Part shown: positions 26,136-30,967 of the stretch, one piece after another
Position numbering within the stretch: the stretch's first letter is position 1
How the letters are laid out: each line of letters opens with the position of its first letter
Assembly: GCA_043806595.1 (NCBI GenBank)
Contig: JAZDGU010000042.1
Span: 1-30,967, forward strand
DNA from: Candidatus Micrarchaeota archaeon
GTDB taxonomy: Archaea > Micrarchaeota > Micrarchaeia > Norongarragalinales > SBBD01
DNA: 30,967 nucleotides
Direction of reading: 5' to 3'
Position numbers and translations under genes: made by a program
Notes under the pieces: model-generated
Told to the model about the DNA's origin: nothing
Seen by the model: only the letters and a program-made list of their open reading frames with translations
The model's database searches: none

Positions 26136-26351
26136 ATGGAACAGACGCTCGTCATACTGAAGCCGGAGACACCTCAAGGGAACCAAGGTCGCCTCAAGAC
26201 CTCGAGTCTTGGGCGCGCCGGAAACTCCGGTTTCCGAGCGTCCCTTACGAGTGTCGCCTCTTCCTTCCTTATTACTGGTCGGCTACGCCGCCCAACGAAA
26301 TAAAAATTGGTGAAAAATCATGGAACAGACGCTCGTCATACTGAAGCCGGA
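26136..26351 (+). repeat. Perfect 32-bp direct repeat of the ndk 5' end (26136-26167 and 26320-26351) flanking a structured spacer
   Basis: ATGGAACAGACGCTCGTCATACTGAAGCCGGA occurs twice, 184 bp apart, each copy with its own RBS. Confidence 0.95.
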
Positions 26352-26754
26352 CTGCATGGGCAAGGGGCTGGCGGGGAAGGTCGTATCCCGGTTCGAGGAA
26401 GCCGGCCTGACTATAGCGGGCATGAAGATGGCGTCCCTTTCCGACGGAATCCTTGACGAGCATTACGCGCACCTCGCGGACAAGCCGTTCTTCACCGGCC
26501 TCAAGGCGTTCATGAAAAGCTCGCCGGTGGTGCTCATGGTTCTGCGCGGGGAAGGCGCGGTGGAGAAGGTGCGGGCGATGTGCGGGCCGACGGACTCGAA
26601 GAATGCCGCGAAGGGCACCATCCGCGGGGACTACGGCGAGGACGTGCAGCGGAACATCGTGCACGCCAGCGACTCGAAGGAGACCGCGGAGATCGAAGTT
26701 GCGAGGTTCTTCAAGCCGGACGAGCTCTTCGGCTGGAGCAGGCCGCAGGTCTGA
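26320..26754 (+). CDS. ndk: Nucleoside diphosphate kinase
   Basis: TLVILKPD, HYAHL..KPFF, GTIRGDY and RNIVHASDS with the catalytic His. Confidence 0.97.
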   Translation: MEQTLVILKPDCMGKGLAGKVVSRFEEAGLTIAGMKMASLSDGILDEHYAHLADKPFFTGLKAFMKSSPVVLMVLRGEGAVEKVRAMCGPTDSKNAAKGTIRGDYGEDVQRNIVHASDSKETAEIEVARFFKPDELFGWSRPQV

Positions 26755-26796
26755 CATTGCGAAAGGAATAAGTAGCCCGCCCGCGCAAGCCGTCAC

Positions 26797-28236
26797 ATGG
26801 ACCTCAAACGCCACTGGAACGCGAAGCTGCACGCGGCGGTTCCGCGCGCGCTGGCGAGCCTCAAAGAGCACAAGGCTTTCACGGGTTTTGTCGCCAACGT
26901 CGACGCCATGAAGTTCGTCGACGGCAAGGCCATTTCAAGGCTTCTTTCGACTCTTCCCGAAAAGCAGGTGAAGAAGAGGCTCGAGGCAAAAAACACGCTC
27001 GCCATCGACGCTTTGGAGGATTTCGCGGCGGCGCTCTTGTACTGCTTTGCGAACGGCAAGGCGCTGGAGCTGCCGTGCCACGACCCCCGGATTTTTGAGT
27101 GGTTTGCCGCGTATTTCCACGGACATGACGGGCTGAGGATGGGCGGCCAGGCGGGCATAATCGCCAACCAGCTGGCGGCGCTCGGCAGCGACCCGGTCTG
27201 CTACTGCCCGATGCTTTCGCCGGTCCAGGCAAAGCTTTTCGACGCAAGGGTGAGGTTTCCAGCGGTCAGGAAAGGGGCGCTGGAACTTGTGCCCGCGGCC
27301 GAGGCCTCGGGGAAGGGCGACAAGACGAAGGTGAACTGGATCTTCGAGTTCGCCAAGGGCGATTCCTTGCGCTGGGACGGCAGGACCGTCGAATGCCCGC
27401 GTTCCAACCGGCTCATAGTCCTGTCCAAGCTGGTGAGTTTTGAGCCCGCGTTCTCCCAAGCGCTTTCGCCGCACTTGCCGGCGCTTGCGCGGAAGTTCGA
27501 CCGCGCGATGATTGCCGGATTCCACCACCTGCACAGCGACCGCGGCAGCGACCTCCATTACCACCTCCGGAGGCTGTGCGGCCAGCTGGACACGATGAAG
27601 AACGTCAATCGCAGCCTGAAGGTCCACGTCGAGTACGTGATGATAAGCGACGAGAAGCTCGCGCGCGAAGTCTACACCCACGTCGGAAGGCCCGCCGACT
27701 CCCTCGGCATAAACGAGGTCGAGATGCACCACGTGCTCAAGATGTTCGGGCAGAGGCACGAACTCGAAGCCCTGCGCAGGGAGGAAAGCGCCTTCAGCCT
27801 GTACCTCGGCGCGCGCGCGCTGGCGCGCCGCTTCGATTTCTCGCGCGTGCACGCGCACACGCTCGGGTATTACGTGCTATACGCGGACAAGAAAAAGGCG
27901 CTGGGCAGGCCGGAGGAATACGTTGACTCGCTGCTTTTGGCCGCCAAGGCGTCGGAAGTCCGCGCGGCATTTGGCAGGCCGCCGGAGGAGGAGGACCTGC
28001 TGCACCCCAAGTCCGGGGAAATCAGCGTCTCGGACGCGGGGCTCAAGCAGCTTGCGAAATTCGCCCAAGCCGCCAAGCTGGGAGGCAAGCAGACGACGCG
28101 GATGCTGGAGGACGGGGTCGCCAAGTTCTCGGACCATTACGCGTTCGTGGTTCCGACGCCCATCACCCCCAAGCCAAAGAGCACCGTCGGGCTGGGGGAC
28201 ACGATAAGCAGCACGGCTTTTGTAAGCGAGCCTTAG
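26797..28236 (+). CDS. ADP-dependent glucokinase/phosphofructokinase
   Basis: ANVDA, RMGGQAGIIAN, NWIFEF, PRSNR, DSLGINEVE and KSTVGLGDTISS motifs. Confidence 0.93.
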   Translation: MDLKRHWNAKLHAAVPRALASLKEHKAFTGFVANVDAMKFVDGKAISRLLSTLPEKQVKKRLEAKNTLAIDALEDFAAALLYCFANGKALELPCHDPRIFEWFAAYFHGHDGLRMGGQAGIIANQLAALGSDPVCYCPMLSPVQAKLFDARVRFPAVRKGALELVPAAEASGKGDKTKVNWIFEFAKGDSLRWDGRTVECPRSNRLIVLSKLVSFEPAFSQALSPHLPALARKFDRAMIAGFHHLHSDRGSDLHYHLRRLCGQLDTMKNVNRSLKVHVEYVMISDEKLAREVYTHVGRPADSLGINEVEMHHVLKMFGQRHELEALRREESAFSLYLGARALARRFDFSRVHAHTLGYYVLYADKKKALGRPEEYVDSLLLAAKASEVRAAFGRPPEEEDLLHPKSGEISVSDAGLKQLAKFAQAAKLGGKQTTRMLEDGVAKFSDHYAFVVPTPITPKPKSTVGLGDTISSTAFVSEP

Positions 28237-28243
28237 CCGGCGG

Positions 28244-28505
28244 CTACCTGAAGGACTTGTACCAGCGCTCGTATTCATTGTGCGTGGCGAAGCACCGCCA
28301 GATGAAAACCGTTCCGGCCTCGATGTAAAAGGCGAAGCGGGCTTGGGTCCGTAACCTTTTCAACGAAGCAGTCGATTCCGTGCTGCAGATGCTTGCGAGT
28401 AGGCATCGAAAGTAATTTATCGAAATGTCTCACGAAGTGGACGCGAAGCGATTTGTCTATCCTCGTCAGGTCCTTGTCGGCATCATGGGAAATCTCGAGT
28501 CTCAA
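28244..28505 (-). pseudogene. Frameshifted RelE/HigB-like toxin
   Basis: The N-part MRLEISHDADKDL...HG..CFVEKVTD continues, after removing one base at 28345-47, as QARFAFYIEAGTVFIWRCFATHNEYERWYKSFR*. The span of 262 nt is 3n+1. Confidence 0.75.
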
Positions 28506-28511
28506 GCAAGG

Positions 28512-28742
28512 TCACTTAAGGTACTTGGACCGCACCTTCTCGTAGGGCACGGTCTTGACCTCGCCTGCCTTTATTAATTGCCGGCCAGCCCCGATTCCCC
28601 TGCGCACCAGCACTGCCTCCTCGAGCTCGCGGTCGTACGACAACAGCGCCTGGCGGATGACCTCGGTCTGGCTGCCGGCATATCCTTCCTCGATGACCCG
28701 CTTGATTATCAGCTCGTAAGGCGCCCCCAAATTCACGTTCAT
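28512..28742 (-). CDS. Ribbon-helix-helix antitoxin (ParD/CC2985-like)
   Basis: MNVNLG...IEEGYAGSQTEVIRQAL motif, directly upstream of the toxin. Confidence 0.8.
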   Translation of the reverse strand: MNVNLGAPYELIIKRVIEEGYAGSQTEVIRQALLSYDRELEEAVLVRRGIGAGRQLIKAGEVKTVPYEKVRSKYLK

Positions 28743-28841
28743 CCAAATCACCGCAAGCCGACTATGCGCAGCCAATGCACATTATTTAGACATCCTAATA
28801 TATATTGGTTGCGCATGAACAAACCGCACGAAGGCGAAGGC

Positions 28842-29189
28842 TCAGAGAAGCTTGAGCCTGCCGGTGACCTTGTCGACCTTGCGCTCGTCGCCGGGGCCGA
28901 TTGCGATTGCCGTCAGCGTGCCGGCGGGAATCTGCGTGTGGCCGGCGTCGTGCACGAGGACCGTGTGGAGGCCCGCGCTCTTGGCCTGCCGGTGGAGCTC
29001 CAGCAGCTCCTTCTCGCCGGAGACTTTGAGCACGATCTTCTTCTGTCCCTCTTCCAGCCATTCCTCGGCGGCGTCCCTGGACGAACAGGAGAAGGACATT
29101 ACCGAGGCGTGCGAGGCCTGCGCAGCAATCTTGCCCTTGCCCATCTTGAGGTCCGAACGCAAAACGATGGCCTGCTTGAGCATGTACAA
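28842..29189 (-). CDS. pth2: Peptidyl-tRNA hydrolase Pth2
   Basis: [39 protein letters not shown] and IGP...[11 protein letters not shown] motifs. Confidence 0.97.
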   Translation of the reverse strand: MYMLKQAIVLRSDLKMGKGKIAAQASHASVMSFSCSSRDAAEEWLEEGQKKIVLKVSGEKELLELHRQAKSAGLHTVLVHDAGHTQIPAGTLTAIAIGPGDERKVDKVTGRLKLL

Positions 29190-29190
29190 T

Positions 29191-29952
29191 TCACTTCCTG
29201 CGGGTGATGTATTCTATCGCTTCGTTTTCGCCGTACGGCGCGCCGAGCTTGGCGAACCACTTGAGGACGTTGTGCACGTCCTTCTTAAAGAAGTCGTCGG
29301 CCTGCGGGTGAGAGAGGATGACGGCCTGCCCCAGGTCGATTATGTAGGGCCTGCCCTCGTGCACGATGACGTTGAACTCGCTCAAATCCGCGTGCGCGAG
29401 CCCCGCAGAGCGCATCTTCCTCATGTCCTCGAGAAGCAGCTGAAGGGTCGCCTTGGGGTCTTCCAGCCAGACGTCCTTGAGGAGTGCCGAAGGGATGCCG
29501 TTTTCGCCGAGGAACTCCATTATGACGACGTTGTCCTTGTGGGCAAGAGGGCGCGGCACGCGCATGCCCGCGCCGATGCAGAGCCGCAGGTTGGCGTATT
29601 CCTTGCGCGCGAAGACGTCTACGAGCGCGCGCGTCTGGTGCGGTGCCTTGAACCTGCGGTCGCCCTGCAGGTAGTCAAGGCGCTTCTGGAAGGAGAGGCC
29701 CTCGTACTTGAAGATTTTCACCGCCACATACTGCGTGCCTTCGGCGGTCTTCTTGGTCGCCCTGTAGAGCGCCGCCTCCTTGCCGTGCTGCACGGGGAAG
29801 TCCAGGGTGTCGAAGGCGTGCTTGTGGATGAAGTGCTGGAGAGTGGCGAGCGTCTTGTCGTCGAAGACGCGCTCGCTGTACTTGTTCAGCTGCTTGAACT
29901 GCTTGACCTCGCGCGCGGGCTTCTTCCTCTTCCACAGCCTGAGTGCCATCAA
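29191..29952 (-). CDS. rio1: RIO1-family Ser/Thr kinase
   Basis: [37 protein letters not shown] and HP.A..F..KD..N motifs. Confidence 0.95.
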   Translation of the reverse strand: MMALRLWKRKKPAREVKQFKQLNKYSERVFDDKTLATLQHFIHKHAFDTLDFPVQHGKEAALYRATKKTAEGTQYVAVKIFKYEGLSFQKRLDYLQGDRRFKAPHQTRALVDVFARKEYANLRLCIGAGMRVPRPLAHKDNVVIMEFLGENGIPSALLKDVWLEDPKATLQLLLEDMRKMRSAGLAHADLSEFNVIVHEGRPYIIDLGQAVILSHPQADDFFKKDVHNVLKWFAKLGAPYGENEAIEYITRRK

Positions 29953-30967
29953 ATCGCCCTCAAGCGCGAATCCTTGCGTCCCTCCTTCACGAGCTTCATT
30001 TTCTGGGAAAGTTCTTCATGGAACACCCTGGGAAAAATGTGCCTGGCCTCTAGGTCGAGGACGATGTGGCTAATCCTGGGCTTGTACCGCCTGAAATTCA
30101 GCATGTCCCTCCTGGCCACGACAAGCCTGCGAAGGATGCCGATTTTTTCCGGCCCATCCGCGATGCCGGCCTGCATGGAAAGTTCTCGTGTCCTGCGGAC
30201 CAGTTCGTCCATCGCTTCCTTGTTGAAAGACTTCCTCTGCTCGTCGAGCCTCCTCAATATGGCCTTCTCGGCCTTCGGAGTCAGCCGGTGGTCGCTTGCC
30301 AGGACGAGCTCGTCGCCGTGGTGCTCGTGGTATCGCGCGAAGATCTCGCCCGGGCGGACGCCGTGCTGCGCGGACGCTCCCAGCCTGTACAGGAGGTCGT
30401 CGCCCCACTCGTGGCCTAGCAGGTCGTTTATGACCTTGAAGTTATCCACATCCAGAAGCATCACGCGCCGTATCCTGATTTTCTTCCGCAGGTTTTCCTT
30501 CTGCTCGCGGTTCAAATTCCCTCTCTCCAAACGGCGTCGGATTTTATCGTTTGCCTTGAGCACCGATGCCTGCCTCTTGAGCCAATTGTCGAAAACGATG
30601 CGGCTGTATGCGCCGGACACCTGGTCGGTGTTCAGCCGGTCAAGAGCCCTTCCCCTGAAATACCCTGCGGCCAAACCCACCGGAAGGAGGAGGTTGGGGG
30701 AAGTCAATGGACGCGCGGATTCAACTCCATGGCGGCGCAGCTCGCTCTCAGCCCATATCAGCGCGGCCAGGCCTGCACCCGCGGCGAGCCCTTTGACCGC
30801 GTCGCGCACGTCCTGGCGGTGGTAGAAGCGGTACATTCTTGAAAAAAGGACGCGGGGCTCGCTCTCCCTTGCGTACCACCAGCGGCGCAGCGCCGTGCCG
30901 TAAGACTCGCCCGGGGTCCTGCGCGGCGGCAGCAGCTTCCTCAGTTCGTGGATGATCAGGCGCCGGG
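29949..30967 (-). CDS. Membrane protein with a degenerate GGDEF-like domain; 5' end probably beyond the window
   Basis: The frame is open from the right edge through ATG 30836. It has two hydrophobic segments, then VMLLDVDNFKVINDLLGHEWGDDLL...FARYHEHHGDEL. Confidence 0.78.
   Translation of the reverse strand, partial: RRLIIHELRKLLPPRRTPGESYGTALRRWWYARESEPRVLFSRMYRFYHRQDVRDAVKGLAAGAGLAALIWAESELRRHGVESARPLTSPNLLLPVGLAAGYFRGRALDRLNTDQVSGAYSRIVFDNWLKRQASVLKANDKIRRRLERGNLNREQKENLRKKIRIRRVMLLDVDNFKVINDLLGHEWGDDLLYRLGASAQHGVRPGEIFARYHEHHGDELVLASDHRLTPKAEKAILRRLDEQRKSFNKEAMDELVRRTRELSMQAGIADGPEKIGILRRLVVARRDMLNFRRYKPRISHIVLDLEARHIFPRVFHEELSQKMKLVKEGRKDSRLRAI

Noticed and set aside
28852..30825. 657-aa plus-strand ORF
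   Set aside because: Antisense shadow of pth2, rio1 and the GGDEF gene. It has no motifs, and such ORFs are expected in high-GC DNA.
1..30967. CRISPR array, tRNA, rRNA, transposase or integrase
   Set aside because: None recognised by eye. The only exact long repeat is the two-copy ndk start, which is coding-derived and not an array.

Overview
This is a high-GC archaeal chromosomal segment. Gene content and promoter/RBS style are archaeal, and a DPANN/Micrarchaeota-like origin is my inference only. The core is housekeeping: a partial A-type ATP synthase operon (H-I-K-E-C-F, without A, B or D), ahcY, RFC small subunit, an rps2-rpl39e-rpl31e-eIF6-[TA]-prefoldin-ftsY-Pop5 cluster, scpB, a histone-fold protein, PmbA, an ABC ATPase, ndk, an ADP-dependent sugar kinase, pth2 and RIO1. 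Accessory genes are interspersed: large secreted or surface proteins, a lytic transglycosylase, two toxin-antitoxin pairs and a degenerate GGDEF protein. The main finding is that the small ribosomal protein eL41/eS32 gene (13394-13540, absent from the ORF track) is interrupted by a 33-nt stop-containing hairpin. This hairpin has tRNA-intron-like bulge-helix-bulge/loop geometry, and removing it at the canonical cut sites restores a 37-aa protein. The gene sits 12 nt downstream of a free-standing HTH-NUMOD3-Vsr homing-endonuclease-like gene. A second candidate BHB-type insert lies in a duplicated 5' end of ndk. Together these suggest mRNA micro-introns in protein-coding genes, possibly mobilised by an adjacent endonuclease. 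All calls were made by eye, with no searches or folding software.
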